A DNA stretch of 38,669 nucleotides from Candidatus Aenigmatarchaeota archaeon (GCA_030614705.1 JAUWTN010000003.1:1-38669), one strand, 5' to 3'. Positions 19,082-29,729 are shown, counted from the first letter of the stretch. Numbers and translations: made by a program. The notes: generated by a model from the letters alone, not told the origin.

Positions 19082-20602
19082 TTACAAATTCTCAAATCTA
19101 TCAATAACTTTATTTCTCCCAATTGCATCAACCAACATTGCAATCCTTGGTCCTTGTTTTTTTCCAATTAAAACCTGATAAATTATCTGGAAAAATTCCT
19201 TCCCTTTTGGTTTTACAATTCCAAAAATCTGCTGTTGCAATTCTTCAGTTGAGCTTTCTTTTTTTAGAAGTTCTGCAATTTCTTTTAATCCTTCTCTTTG
19301 GTCTTCTGTTATTTCCACCTTATTAGCTACAAGTTTAATCTTGACATTTTCAGGTGCGTATTTTTCAACCCAATATTTTACTTTTTCTGACCTTTCAATT
19401 GCCAGTTCCAGATCAGTTTCATCCATTTCAATTCCCCTTTCTTTCATCATCTTTGAAATATAATTTTTTAGTTCTGTTGGGGGGACTACCTGTACCAATA
19501 ACACAAGTTCTGAAAAAGAAACTCTTTTTGGGCAGGTCTTATGCTCTTTAATTTTAATTAATTCATATTTTCTTTTTAAATCTTCGTCCATATCTTCCAG
19601 ACCAAAATAAATTCTTTCGCATTTGTCAAACTCATTGTAAATATTGTAGACATCCATATCAAATGGTATGAATATTGTTTTGTTTAGTCTCTGCGCATAA
19701 ATAAATCTTACAACTTCAGGTTCATAAATCCCAAGCAACTGCGAAACTGTTGCAATATTTCCCTTTGAACTTGACATCTTTTCTTTCTGTCCTTTTAGAT
19801 GAATAAATTCATACATTGGACCCACAGGCGGATTATAACCAAAAATTTCTTTTGAAATCAAAACTCCTGTGTCCCACGAACCTCCCTTTGATTTATGGTC
19901 TTTTCCCGAACTCTCAAAATCAACTCCGTAATAAGCCCATCTTGCAGGCCAGTCCACCCTCCATTTGATATTCACAACATTAGTAATTTCCCTAAAATCA
20001 ATTTCATTCTCATTTCCGCATGAACAAATGTAAGAAATCTTATAATCTCCAAGATATTTTATCTTTGTAAAATCTTTCCCGCATTTTTCGCAGTAAGCTC
20101 CTATTGGAACCCAGTCATCAGCCAGAGGTTCTTTCCTGAATTTATTAAGAAGCTCTTTTATTTTCTCTGTTTTTTCCAAAGCGATTTTTATATTTTCAGC
20201 GAAAATTCCTTTTTGATATAACTCTGCTGCGCGAAGATAAACAGGTTCTATATCCAATTGTTTCATTTCCTGAATTATTAAAGACTCAAAATGCTCTGCG
20301 TAAGATTTATGGCATCCCCAAGGGTCGGGTACTGCGCTCAGAGGCATTCCCAGATATTTCTCAAATTCTTCAGGTACTCCTTTTGGCACCTTCCTAAATC
20401 TATCAAAATCATCCCAAATATACAAAAACTTTGCCTGTTTTCCTAATTTCAAAATTGACTGATAAACAAAATATTGAGTCATTATTTCCCTCGCATTCCC
20501 TATATGAACCACTCCTGAAGGGGTAATACCGCTCTCTACAATATACACTTCTTTATTCCCTCTTTCTAATACCTGTTTCGCAAAATTATCCGCCCAGTGC
20601 AT
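19082..20602 (-). CDS. lysS: Lysine--tRNA ligase, class I
   Basis: Motifs MHWAD, SGITPSGVVHIGN, WDDFDRFRKVP, KWRVDWPARW, GKDH and KMSSSKGN. Confidence 0.97.
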   Translation of the reverse strand: MHWADNFAKQVLERGNKEVYIVESGITPSGVVHIGNAREIMTQYFVYQSILKLGKQAKFLYIWDDFDRFRKVPKGVPEEFEKYLGMPLSAVPDPWGCHKSYAEHFESLIIQEMKQLDIEPVYLRAAELYQKGIFAENIKIALEKTEKIKELLNKFRKEPLADDWVPIGAYCEKCGKDFTKIKYLGDYKISYICSCGNENEIDFREITNVVNIKWRVDWPARWAYYGVDFESSGKDHKSKGGSWDTGVLISKEIFGYNPPVGPMYEFIHLKGQKEKMSSSKGNIATVSQLLGIYEPEVVRFIYAQRLNKTIFIPFDMDVYNIYNEFDKCERIYFGLEDMDEDLKRKYELIKIKEHKTCPKRVSFSELVLLVQVVPPTELKNYISKMMKERGIEMDETDLELAIERSEKVKYWVEKYAPENVKIKLVANKVEITEDQREGLKEIAELLKKESSTEELQQQIFGIVKPKGKEFFQIIYQVLIGKKQGPRIAMLVDAIGRNKVIDRFENL

Positions 20603-20624
20603 AATTAAATCAATATTTAATTTA

Positions 20625-21503
20625 TCAACACAGTTTATTTAACAGATTATTTCTTGTTCCTTTGTATATTTTCGAATCTGTAACCCAAATTGAAAGTGGA
20701 TATAATTTATTTAATAAATTAATTTTATATTTTTCACCTATCACCTCAGAAATTGAATCTAATTCAAATTTATATTTAGTTAATAACTTAACTAAATCCG
20801 GCTCACTAATACCTTTATCTCCATCAGATATATCATCCTTTATCTGAGCCACTATACCCAGCAAAGAAACCAATCTTCTGACATCTTCGGACTTATTTTC
20901 CATAAAATCCGGAAAAGTTTCAATTAAATCCACCAAGGTTAAATGCATATAACTGCCAACAAATTTTAAATTTTTTTCATAATCCCCGGGGTTATTATAT
21001 CCCCCACCACCATATCCTCCTTTAGACAAACCAATAAAATCAGTTATAAATTGTTCTTTATCCACAGGATAAACCTCTAAATCATCCCTAAATATCTCAG
21101 CAATTTTTAAAGAACCCTCCAAACCTTCAATATAAGGCAATTCGTCCCTAATATTTTTTTCATTATCAACATAAGATATAAAATCAACCAGGGAATCCAA
21201 CATCTCTTTTGTTAATTTTCTATCCAAACCCTTACCCGTTATATGACCGTCTATCACATTATCCAGAACCCTTATCATAAAAAGATAATCACCGCATAAA
21301 GACAGAACTTCTTTGATATAATCCTTACCGCCGCCTAAATTATAATAATATTTTCCCGCATAACCTTTCTCAAAAGCACAAGTATTTTTTAAACTTTTTT
21401 CCAAAAAAAGTCTTTCTTTATCAGGTAAATCTGAATTTTCAATAATTCCACTCATGTTTTTATAATTTCTGAGTGTGTTGTAATAATCACTTACACTAAC
21501 CAT
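20625..21503 (-). CDS. Divergent class I isoprenoid synthase-fold protein (prenyltransferase/terpene synthase-like)
   Basis: Two Asp-rich motifs at plausible spacing: IRVLDNVID and LGIVAQIKDDISD. Helical character. Confidence 0.6.
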   Translation of the reverse strand: MVSVSDYYNTLRNYKNMSGIIENSDLPDKERLFLEKSLKNTCAFEKGYAGKYYYNLGGGKDYIKEVLSLCGDYLFMIRVLDNVIDGHITGKGLDRKLTKEMLDSLVDFISYVDNEKNIRDELPYIEGLEGSLKIAEIFRDDLEVYPVDKEQFITDFIGLSKGGYGGGGYNNPGDYEKNLKFVGSYMHLTLVDLIETFPDFMENKSEDVRRLVSLLGIVAQIKDDISDGDKGISEPDLVKLLTKYKFELDSISEVIGEKYKINLLNKLYPLSIWVTDSKIYKGTRNNLLNKLC

Positions 21504-21573
21504 AATAATTATAATTCAGTAATAAATATATATTTAAAGATATTATCAAATTAATCCTTAATTATCTTATTAT

Positions 21574-21701
21574 GGGCCTGTAGCTCAATTGGATAGAGCG
21601 CTGGACTTCGGATCCAGGTGTTGGGGGTTCAAGTGAACCTTTCTTTTTAGAAAAACATTTTAACTTCATAAAAAAGGGTTTTGAAAATCCTCCCAGGCTC
21701 A
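21574..21701 (+). tRNA. tRNA-Arg(TCG) with a BHB intron in the T-loop (21634-21687, position 59/60)
   Basis: Acceptor GGGCCTG/CAGGCTC, D-arm GCTC/GAGC, anticodon arm CTGGA-CTTCGGA-TCCAG. Splicing restores GGGGG-TTCAAGT-CCTCC. Confidence 0.93.
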
Positions 21702-21766
21702 TTTTAAATTAATTAATCCTATTTCTACATTCCTAATCTCAATATTAGTAAGAAGTTATATTAATT

Positions 21767-23155
21767 ATGAAAAAATTTACATACTCAATACTTTTGATGT
21801 TAGTGGCTTTATCGGCCGTAATTGGTCTAAGCATCACAAATACCTATGTGTTAAAAAATAATCCTGAAAATTTGGAAGTAACAGTATACAACTCGAATCT
21901 TGGAGTAATCAAAGAATTAAGAACGCAATATTTAAACACTGGAACAAACCACCTTCTTTATGAAGGAGTTGCTTCAAAGATAGATCCAACCTCGGTAAAA
22001 ATCAAATCAATTAACGGAAACGTAGAAATACTAGAACAAAATTACCGGTATGACCTGATAAGTAAAGCTAAGATTTTGCAAAGATATATTGGAAAAAATA
22101 TAACTGCATACCAGACCTACGGAGACAAAAAAGAAATTGTTGAAGGGACTTTATTAAGTCATAGCAATAATCAACTAGTGTTAAAAACCCGGGAAGGAAT
22201 AAAATTATTTTCTTCTGATGACCTTGACCTACAGGAATTGCCTGAAGGATTAATAACAGTTCCAACTCTTGACTGGCAAATTTACACTGAAGAAGAAAAG
22301 ACGCATAATCTGGAAATGTCTTACATGACTTCCGGGATGAATTGGAAAGCTGACTATGTTGCAACAATGAACAAAGATGACACAAAACTGGATTTCAATG
22401 GCTGGGTGACTGTAACAAATAATGCAGGAACAACATTTAAAAACACTTCATTGAAACTAGTTGCAGGAGATGTGAATAGAGTATCCACTCCAGAAAGGTA
22501 TTCGGATGAAATATATTATAATGCTGAAAAATCCGGCGGTGGAAGCAGTTTTGAAGAAGAAAGTTTGTTTGAATATCATATGTATACACTCCAGAGAAGA
22601 ACAACCCTAAACAATAATGAACAAAAACAAATTTCTTTCTTGACTTCAGAAAATATTGATGTTGAAAAAGAATTCGTCTACGAAAACAACCGATGGTATG
22701 GAAGCAACAACAAAATAAATGTAATGCTTAACTTCGATAACACCAAAACCAATAATCTTGGTATGCCATTACCAAAAGGAACAATAAAGATTTTCAAAAA
22801 GGACAGCGAAGGAAAACTCCAATTTATAGGAGAAGATGGGATTGACCACACCCCAAAAGATGAAACCCTTAGACTGCTTGTAGGGCAGGCATTTGATATT
22901 GTGGGTGAAAGAACTCAAATGGATTATAACAAATTGCCTGGGTGGTATGAATACAAATGGAAAGTAACTCTAAAAAACCACAAAGACGAAAATATTGAAG
23001 TCACCGTTCTTGAGAATACCGGAGGGGATTGGGAAATTGTTAGTGAAAATTACCCGCACACCAAAGAATCAAATTACAAAGTGAAATGGAAAATTCCGGT
23101 AACAGCAAATTCCGAGTCCAATTTGGAATACACAATCAGATACAAACGTTGGTAA
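21767..23155 (+). CDS. DUF4139-family secreted protein
   Basis: Signal peptide, then VTVYNSNLGVIKE, IDPTSV, LEQNYRYDL, SYMTSGMNWKADY, LVAGDV, EYHMYTL, PLPKG and IDHTP. Confidence 0.85.
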   Translation: MKKFTYSILLMLVALSAVIGLSITNTYVLKNNPENLEVTVYNSNLGVIKELRTQYLNTGTNHLLYEGVASKIDPTSVKIKSINGNVEILEQNYRYDLISKAKILQRYIGKNITAYQTYGDKKEIVEGTLLSHSNNQLVLKTREGIKLFSSDDLDLQELPEGLITVPTLDWQIYTEEEKTHNLEMSYMTSGMNWKADYVATMNKDDTKLDFNGWVTVTNNAGTTFKNTSLKLVAGDVNRVSTPERYSDEIYYNAEKSGGGSSFEEESLFEYHMYTLQRRTTLNNNEQKQISFLTSENIDVEKEFVYENNRWYGSNNKINVMLNFDNTKTNNLGMPLPKGTIKIFKKDSEGKLQFIGEDGIDHTPKDETLRLLVGQAFDIVGERTQMDYNKLPGWYEYKWKVTLKNHKDENIEVTVLENTGGDWEIVSENYPHTKESNYKVKWKIPVTANSESNLEYTIRYKRW

Positions 23156-23249
23156 ATGTTTTTTTAATTTTTTGTATATTTTAAATTATAAAATATTTTT
23201 AGATGTCAAAAATTGAGAATATTATTTAAAAATAATTTTAGATATCCAA

Positions 23250-23873
23250 CTATAAATCAAAAACTCCAACCCACGCTTTTTTCAGGTTTTCATCCCCGAG
23301 GAAAAAAGGGTAATTCAAGTTTTCAAGTTCTCTCAATAAATTATCCAAACCCTGCACTCTTACAAGTTCAAGAAGGGATTTTATTTCACCTTCTTCTCCT
23401 ATCTTTTTGAAAATTAAATAATAGGAATAAAACTCAAGATACTCTTCTTTTGAAACATTCTCGGTTTTGTAAATCTTCTTTGAAATTTTCTCAAGGAAAA
23501 ACCTGTGCATATCCTGTTTAAACCCATATTTTACCGCTTTCAAATCAGCAAAAAAATTCTGCACAAATTCAACAAGTTTTGGGACTTCGAGTTTCTCCTT
23601 AATCTCCTGATTAACTTTTTCTTTTTCATCAATCAACATAAAAACAAACCTTGCGAAATGCCCGTTGAATAAGAATTTGTGTTCAAGAATTCGGTTTTCA
23701 GGATTAATAATAATCTCCATATCTTCGTTTGCTTCACCTCCAAGAAAATCTGTCTTATAACTGGAAGATATTTTTATGTGATTAAATCTAAGAGGATAAT
23801 CAACTTTTGAAAAAAGATTTTTCACAGAATCCCTTAATTGTTCGTTTTCTATATCCAAAAGTAGTTTAGTCAT
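23250..23873 (-). CDS. Hypothetical protein (207 aa)
   Basis: Long ORF with normal composition and an ATT-ATG start. No motif. Confidence 0.75.
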   Translation of the reverse strand: MTKLLLDIENEQLRDSVKNLFSKVDYPLRFNHIKISSSYKTDFLGGEANEDMEIIINPENRILEHKFLFNGHFARFVFMLIDEKEKVNQEIKEKLEVPKLVEFVQNFFADLKAVKYGFKQDMHRFFLEKISKKIYKTENVSKEEYLEFYSYYLIFKKIGEEGEIKSLLELVRVQGLDNLLRELENLNYPFFLGDENLKKAWVGVFDL

Positions 23874-23932
23874 AATTATATATAATTATAGTGGTTATAT
23901 AATCCTTTGAACGAGGTTTAAAAATAGAATAT

Positions 23933-24784
23933 TTAACTAATAATTCTCTTCATTCTGTTTGTAGTTTGTCTCAATATACCGGGCTTCTCTATATTCATCT
24001 CTGCCTGTGGATTAATTTCAACATTCAGCACTTCCAGTAAATCACCAAGATAATCAGAACTCAACAAATCGGGTCCTTCCTGTGATCCACCCTTGGGTGC
24101 TGAAACATTAAGTTCAATATGGTCCCTTTCATTGTATTTGTTTATCTTCAACCACAACCTAGACTTGTCTGTTTCATTGGATATTGTATATAATTGTATA
24201 TCTCCATATTTTCCTATTTCATCGATTAATTCTGACTCATTTCTAACAAATTTAAGAGGTGTATGGTGCGGTAAAATACACTTATCATCCCTCTCACCTA
24301 TATAAAATCCCTGTTCCTCTGCTTCATCACAATATTCCTCTAATTTATCTCTTTGATTTTTATCAGGTGCAACTGCATAAAAAAGCCTTCTTTTATCTTC
24401 TGGTATGCAGAAAAAAACACCAAATAAATCACTGGAAGGAATATATTTTGTATGATTGTAATAAGATAAATCTGTATTATCTGCAGGTCTTGTCTGAATG
24501 AATGCATAATCGCATAAATCTCCTTCAAGTTTTTTTAAATATCCCGGTAATTTAGAATAAATATCTAGGGTCTGCAGTTTTGAAGTCTCTATCTTCAATT
24601 TAAGCCTTAAATCAGAACTGTATTCTCGTTCAACATCTAAAAAATAAGGAGGTTCAATACTTAATTGTTCAAAATATATCTTATAAACATCTCCGGATTT
24701 AATATCACCAATCATTTTTTCAATAGAATGCACTAGACTTCCATCATATCCAATTTCTCCGGCTGAAATCATTTTATCCTTCAT
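23933..24784 (-). CDS. Hypothetical protein (283 aa)
   Basis: Long ORF with an SD-like AAGGTGG shortly upstream of the ATG. Confidence 0.75.
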   Translation of the reverse strand: MKDKMISAGEIGYDGSLVHSIEKMIGDIKSGDVYKIYFEQLSIEPPYFLDVEREYSSDLRLKLKIETSKLQTLDIYSKLPGYLKKLEGDLCDYAFIQTRPADNTDLSYYNHTKYIPSSDLFGVFFCIPEDKRRLFYAVAPDKNQRDKLEEYCDEAEEQGFYIGERDDKCILPHHTPLKFVRNESELIDEIGKYGDIQLYTISNETDKSRLWLKINKYNERDHIELNVSAPKGGSQEGPDLLSSDYLGDLLEVLNVEINPQAEMNIEKPGILRQTTNRMKRIIS

Positions 24785-24802
24785 ATTCTACCACCTTATA
24801 TT

Positions 24803-25276
24803 TTAATCTTTACCATATACTTCAACAGTTCCCATCTTCAAAATTTCTTTCATGCCTCTATATTTATTGGTTTCTAATAAAGAATCATCTAAACAATTAG
24901 AAATCCCTAAATACTTATATTCCAAAACCCTTGAACCCCCATCAGATATATAATATTCTCCTTCCCCCACTTTTCTGGTGATTTCTACTGCTCTGACCGG
25001 TTCATCGCACCAAATTTTAATAAGATATTCAGAGCCCTCTTTTCTTTCATAATTTATTTCTCCTAACAAATTATACAAAAACCAACCAGTAGTATCATCC
25101 GTTTTACATTTACCTCCAACATGAACCGCATCAACAAAATAACCGTCTTTACTGGTTTTCGCCTGTTCGTCCATTAACATCTTAGCAATAGATTTATCTA
25201 ATTTCTGCCTTTTAATAGCATCATACACAGCGTCCCTTATGACCTTATCAGGAATTTCAATCTTCATATTTAACAA
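24803..25276 (-). CDS. Hypothetical protein (start may be ATG 25267)
   Basis: ORF directly downstream of rpl23 on the same strand. No motif. Confidence 0.7.
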   Translation of the reverse strand: MLNMKIEIPDKVIRDAVYDAIKRQKLDKSIAKMLMDEQAKTSKDGYFVDAVHVGGKCKTDDTTGWFLYNLLGEINYERKEGSEYLIKIWCDEPVRAVEITRKVGEGEYYISDGGSRVLEYKYLGISNCLDDSLLETNKYRGMKEILKMGTVEVYGKD

Positions 25277-25313
25277 TGATAAAAAAATTTAAATACTTGA
25301 TAGTGATTAAAAA

Positions 25314-25589
25314 TTAGATAATTCCCAACTTAACCCCAATATCTCCAGCAGAGAATTCAGAGTTTAATTTCAATATTGCTCTCTTTGCTCCTTTTCTTGT
25401 AATCAGGATATTTATTTTATCTAGTTTTACTTTGAATTCTTCTTCAAAAGTTTCCTTAACATCTTCTCTCCAGATGTCCAAGCCTTTTAACTGAAATACC
25501 AATTTATTTTCGTCTTCGATTAATCTTACTGCTTTCTCTGAGACAACCGGGTAATCAACTAAATCCCAAAAATTAATTTCTCCCGTCAT
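25314..25589 (-). CDS. rpl23: 50S ribosomal protein L23 (uL23)
   Basis: YPVVSEKAVRLIEDENKLVF...GAKRAILKL...KLGII. ATGA overlap with rpl4. Confidence 0.95.
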   Translation of the reverse strand: MTGEINFWDLVDYPVVSEKAVRLIEDENKLVFQLKGLDIWREDVKETFEEEFKVKLDKINILITRKGAKRAILKLNSEFSAGDIGVKLGII

Positions 25590-26383
25590 ATTAATTTATT
25601 TGCCTGTTCAACAGCGGATTTAGTCCATAAAGTAAGTCTTCCAGGTACAGTTCCAGGAGCAAGTTTCTCAACATTTAATTCACTAACAAGAGATACCTCA
25701 ACACCTTCTATATTTCTTGCTGCTTTTTGCAATTCGCATTTATCAGACACGACTATCAAAGCGGATTTCTTCTTTTTGTACTTTCTTCCTCGGGTCTTTC
25801 CTCTTCCGGCTCTGACTTTCTTTTCTTTTGCTCTTTCAAGTTCTTTTTCAAGACCTAATAGAGTTAAAGCAGAAAACACTTCTTTGGTTTTCTGTATACC
25901 TGAAAAATCATCTGAAATTATCAAAGGAACTTCCTTTAAACTTTCAATTTTATGGCCCCTCTTTAAAATTAATTCCTTATTTACTGAAGCTGAAATAGCT
26001 GAATAAAGAGCGAGTTTTTTCTCCTTTTTATTCATATCTCTTCCAAAATTCCTTTCTGCTTTCGGAGGATGGGCCTTTCTACCCTTTATTACCTGAGGTG
26101 CTTCTCTTGCTCTAAATAACATAGGTCCCTGACCATGAATTCTTGGTAATCTGGCCATTTCCCTTCCGGCCATTCTTGCATGAGTATAAGCTGTAGAACT
26201 GCCATGGTAATGCGCGCTTGTCCTTAACCCAGCAAGCTTATCAGCTCCATACTTCTGCCTTCTGTTCGCCTGTGAGATAACAACCGCTTTTTTTATTAAA
26301 TCTTCTCTTAAAGGGTAACTAAACACTTTGCCTAATTGTACCGTTCCCTGTTTTTCCCCTTTCATGGAGTATACTTCTACCAT
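25586..26383 (-). CDS. rpl4: 50S ribosomal protein L4 (uL4, archaeal type)
   Basis: Motifs REDLIKKAV, ARLPR, GRKAHPPK, RAGRGKTRGRKY and LAPGTVPGRLTLWT. Confidence 0.97.
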   Translation of the reverse strand: MVEVYSMKGEKQGTVQLGKVFSYPLREDLIKKAVVISQANRRQKYGADKLAGLRTSAHYHGSSTAYTHARMAGREMARLPRIHGQGPMLFRAREAPQVIKGRKAHPPKAERNFGRDMNKKEKKLALYSAISASVNKELILKRGHKIESLKEVPLIISDDFSGIQKTKEVFSALTLLGLEKELERAKEKKVRAGRGKTRGRKYKKKKSALIVVSDKCELQKAARNIEGVEVSLVSELNVEKLAPGTVPGRLTLWTKSAVEQANKLI

Positions 26384-26467
26384 AACTTTCTTAAATAAAT
26401 TTTAAAATAACAGGTTCTATCAGAATTTATTGAATGGAGTTCTATTTGTATAAACCTAGAGATTATT

Positions 26468-29400
26468 ATGGGTAATCAATCTTTTAAAGGGTTTTCTCCT
26501 CATTTCATAAATTCTCAGTATTATCTTAAGATTTCTATCATTTTGATGTTTTTGGTAATCTCACTCACCAGTTCGGTAATTATCGCTGATCCCGCAGCAT
26601 ATCTCACAGAAACAATTAATGTTGAATTTGACCATAATGGAACTATAATAAACCAGGAAAACAGGGGTTTTATTGAAGTGGAACTATTTAATACAGAAGA
26701 TGTGCTGCAAAATGTAGAAATTAGTCTATCTAACACACTTGGAACAAATTTAATCAGTAGTGAAACCTATGCAACAGTTGCTGCATCCCCTTCAAGCGGG
26801 GACAAGACCCGATTATATATGGATACAGGCGAAGGTGATGGAACTATCCGTTATCTTTTTAATGATGCCACACTTATAAATATAAGCATTAACTATTGGA
26901 ATGAAGCTGGTGGGAGAGACCTCACCCCCGAAAATAACACAATTTATTTTGAAGTTTTCCTAAACGCAAGTGAACCTTTAAATAACATACAATTCAATTT
27001 GAATATAGCCCGAGATACTTTAATCACCAGCGATTCTATGAATATTTTAGCTGTAGATTCAGACTCAGGAATTGCTTCTTTAATAAACAGCGATTTCGAT
27101 AGTTTTAATGATATCATTCAATGGACCGGCAACCTGAACACAAATACAAGAATAAACTTTACAAGCAAAATAATACCTGATATAAATTATCCAATAAATC
27201 AACTGAGGATTGATATTGATTCGCATGAAAGCTCCCTCAATTATTCGCAACCAGTAACCTTCACGGGAATAACTTTATCAAATAGATTTGCAAGAGGTGC
27301 TGTAAGACAGGGTTTGCGTATAATGGCAGAAGAAAAAAACTGGACTATAATGGGTTTTATGAAAAATATAGCGAGTGGTATTGTGTATGATATTTATAAC
27401 TGGAATTTATATAAAGTACTTGACAATGGTTCACTTAATAGTACTTCAGTATTATCCAGCTCAACAGGAAAAACCCTTCTACCCGGAAATCTTACAACAA
27501 CCCCTGTTTTTGATTGCGTGGATAATTATACTTTATGCACAGGAATTTATGATACAGGCATAACCGCAAATACCTCAGAAAAACCAACAGCCTCAAATAT
27601 ATACTATGCAGCTTCATTTAACTGGAGCATTGAATGGGGTATTTCAGAGTACTTGGGAATTATTAATGAAAAAGTAAATCTGCCTGTTTTTTATCAGATG
27701 GAAGTCGGACTTGATAAAAGAATAAATCTTCTTTACAACGATGGAACCGGAAGGCTTCTCAGTATTGAAGATGAAATAAGACATCTCGGACATGCAACCT
27801 TGCAACTCGCAAACATAAGCATCAACATCACAGGTTTAACGGGATGGGAAAATTCAACTTTAGAAATTTTTTATGTAAACAACATAAATGAAACAAAAAT
27901 ATCTGACTATACCTGTATTAAAACTGGCGACACTCTTACAATAGATATCTCTTCAATCACTTCAGAAAAAATTCATGTAAATGAATTCATTCTTATTAAA
28001 TATAATCTCTCCAGAGGTTCTGAAAACTCAGACATAACCTACCCGTTTGGTCTGAACACAATAGTCACGACAAAAAGCGGCACACCTGTTAAAAAAAGTT
28101 TAACTGACAGCATCAATATACCTGGGATTCAACAAGATGAAGAGGATGACGAAGGTGGTAGTGGTGGAAGCAGCGGCGGGATGCCAGAAACAAAAGATTT
28201 TATAGACATTTTAAAAATAAAATCCACCAGCAAATTCATAACAACCTCGCTGATTAAAAATGAAATTTCATTTAAAATACTTGATACAGGCGCTAAAGGA
28301 ATACGAGACCCGCTATTTTTTATATACCTGCCTGAAAAATCAAATATATATTCAGACGAAGTAAATATTTTTCTGTTAAGAAATAACAAAAAAGAAAAGC
28401 TAAATGTTGAAATCAAAAAAACAAGCAACAAAACAATAGGCTCTGGAATTTACACTGAATACCTGGTTCAAAAAATAACAGGGTCAACGGAAACATTCAT
28501 ATTGTATAACCAAGACATTATAACTATTGATTACAGGGCATACATTCCTTTAGGCACCAGTGAAATAATAACCCGATTATACGGACACAACTATTACGAT
28601 GATGTATATATGTTTGAAGATGCAATTACAAAAATAAGAAGGGAATACTGGAACCTGCAAAATTTAGATATAAAAAAAAGTAAATTTGAACCCAATAAAA
28701 TATTTGTTGGAAAACCCGTGGAATGGATTAAAACCCTGGAAATTTATAACCCAAATGAAAGAACTGTAAAAGAAATGTACACCGCAAAAATTCTAAGTGA
28801 TAGATTAAACAGCAAAGTGAAAGAATCAAAAGACGGGAGCACCTATGAAATTCCCTTAGAAAATGAAAAAAAAGAAACCATTGATTTTCTAATTAATATA
28901 AAACCAAAGGAAAGAGTCACTTATTTTGTTTTCGCAACAACATCACCCATACTTGAAACAAAAAGAGAAATAAATATTCTGGAAATAACAAACAATTCAG
29001 TAAAACTAAATTTGAAAATCCTGATAAAAAATTTAGGTAAATATGATTATCAGGAAATTTATCTTAGACTGCCAATACAAAATATATTGGAATGTAACTT
29101 TAATTATTCAAATGTTAATGGTCAGACCGAGATAAAAATACCAAATATGAGTTCACTTGAAGAAAAAATGATAGAAATTACCTATGAAGAAAAACCGCCG
29201 GTTCTTAAAATATATCTTGATAAATCAGAATATCTTAACAAAGAAAATATGAACCTTACAATCATTGTTGTGCAGGCAGATAAAAAAGGGTATCTTGAAC
29301 TTGAGATAACAGGTCCCGGGAATAACCCCAACACCCTTTATGCTGATTTAATTCACCTTGACAAAACAAATAAAAAAATAAACCTTGAACTTCCTCTGGA

Positions 29401-29626
29401 TAAATACCTTGATGGAGATTATATATTATCCGCATATTATAAATCAGACTTTCAACAAATTTTAATTGAAAAATTGGATATCTCGGTCTCTGGCGAAGAA
29501 TACAAAGAAATACATTGGATTTTATTTTTTATCTTAACTATCTTAATTGCAGTTTTTGCATACAATAAAAGATACAAGAGAAAAACACTCAGAGAAAAAT
29601 TAAGTGAATTAAAATCAAAATTATAA
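26468..29626 (+). CDS. Large membrane-anchored surface protein (1052 aa)
   Basis: N-terminal hydrophobic segment, sequon-rich beta domains, DEEDDEGGSGGSSGG linker, C-terminal TM HWILFFILTILIAVFAY and a basic tail. Confidence 0.85.
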   Translation: MGNQSFKGFSPHFINSQYYLKISIILMFLVISLTSSVIIADPAAYLTETINVEFDHNGTIINQENRGFIEVELFNTEDVLQNVEISLSNTLGTNLISSETYATVAASPSSGDKTRLYMDTGEGDGTIRYLFNDATLINISINYWNEAGGRDLTPENNTIYFEVFLNASEPLNNIQFNLNIARDTLITSDSMNILAVDSDSGIASLINSDFDSFNDIIQWTGNLNTNTRINFTSKIIPDINYPINQLRIDIDSHESSLNYSQPVTFTGITLSNRFARGAVRQGLRIMAEEKNWTIMGFMKNIASGIVYDIYNWNLYKVLDNGSLNSTSVLSSSTGKTLLPGNLTTTPVFDCVDNYTLCTGIYDTGITANTSEKPTASNIYYAASFNWSIEWGISEYLGIINEKVNLPVFYQMEVGLDKRINLLYNDGTGRLLSIEDEIRHLGHATLQLANISINITGLTGWENSTLEIFYVNNINETKISDYTCIKTGDTLTIDISSITSEKIHVNEFILIKYNLSRGSENSDITYPFGLNTIVTTKSGTPVKKSLTDSINIPGIQQDEEDDEGGSGGSSGGMPETKDFIDILKIKSTSKFITTSLIKNEISFKILDTGAKGIRDPLFFIYLPEKSNIYSDEVNIFLLRNNKKEKLNVEIKKTSNKTIGSGIYTEYLVQKITGSTETFILYNQDIITIDYRAYIPLGTSEIITRLYGHNYYDDVYMFEDAITKIRREYWNLQNLDIKKSKFEPNKIFVGKPVEWIKTLEIYNPNERTVKEMYTAKILSDRLNSKVKESKDGSTYEIPLENEKKETIDFLINIKPKERVTYFVFATTSPILETKREINILEITNNSVKLNLKILIKNLGKYDYQEIYLRLPIQNILECNFNYSNVNGQTEIKIPNMSSLEEKMIEITYEEKPPVLKIYLDKSEYLNKENMNLTIIVVQADKKGYLELEITGPGNNPNTLYADLIHLDKTNKKINLELPLDKYLDGDYILSAYYKSDFQQILIEKLDISVSGEEYKEIHWILFFILTILIAVFAYNKRYKRKTLREKLSELKSKL

Positions 29627-29729
29627 AAATAATTGAATTTAATTAATCCTCCAATATTTTAATTTTATTTGGTGATATTACCAAATAATTTTAACAAACA
29701 TAAAAATACAGAGAACTCATTGACAAAAA

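Noticed and set aside
21702-25313. Integrated element next to tRNA-Arg
   Set aside because: No integrase and no duplicated tRNA 3' end were seen.
26411-26458. Possible hairpin or L4 autoregulatory RNA between rpl4 and the surface gene
   Set aside because: The pairing needs several bulges, and its G-U pairs favour the strand opposite to the rpl4 mRNA. Not distinguishable from chance.
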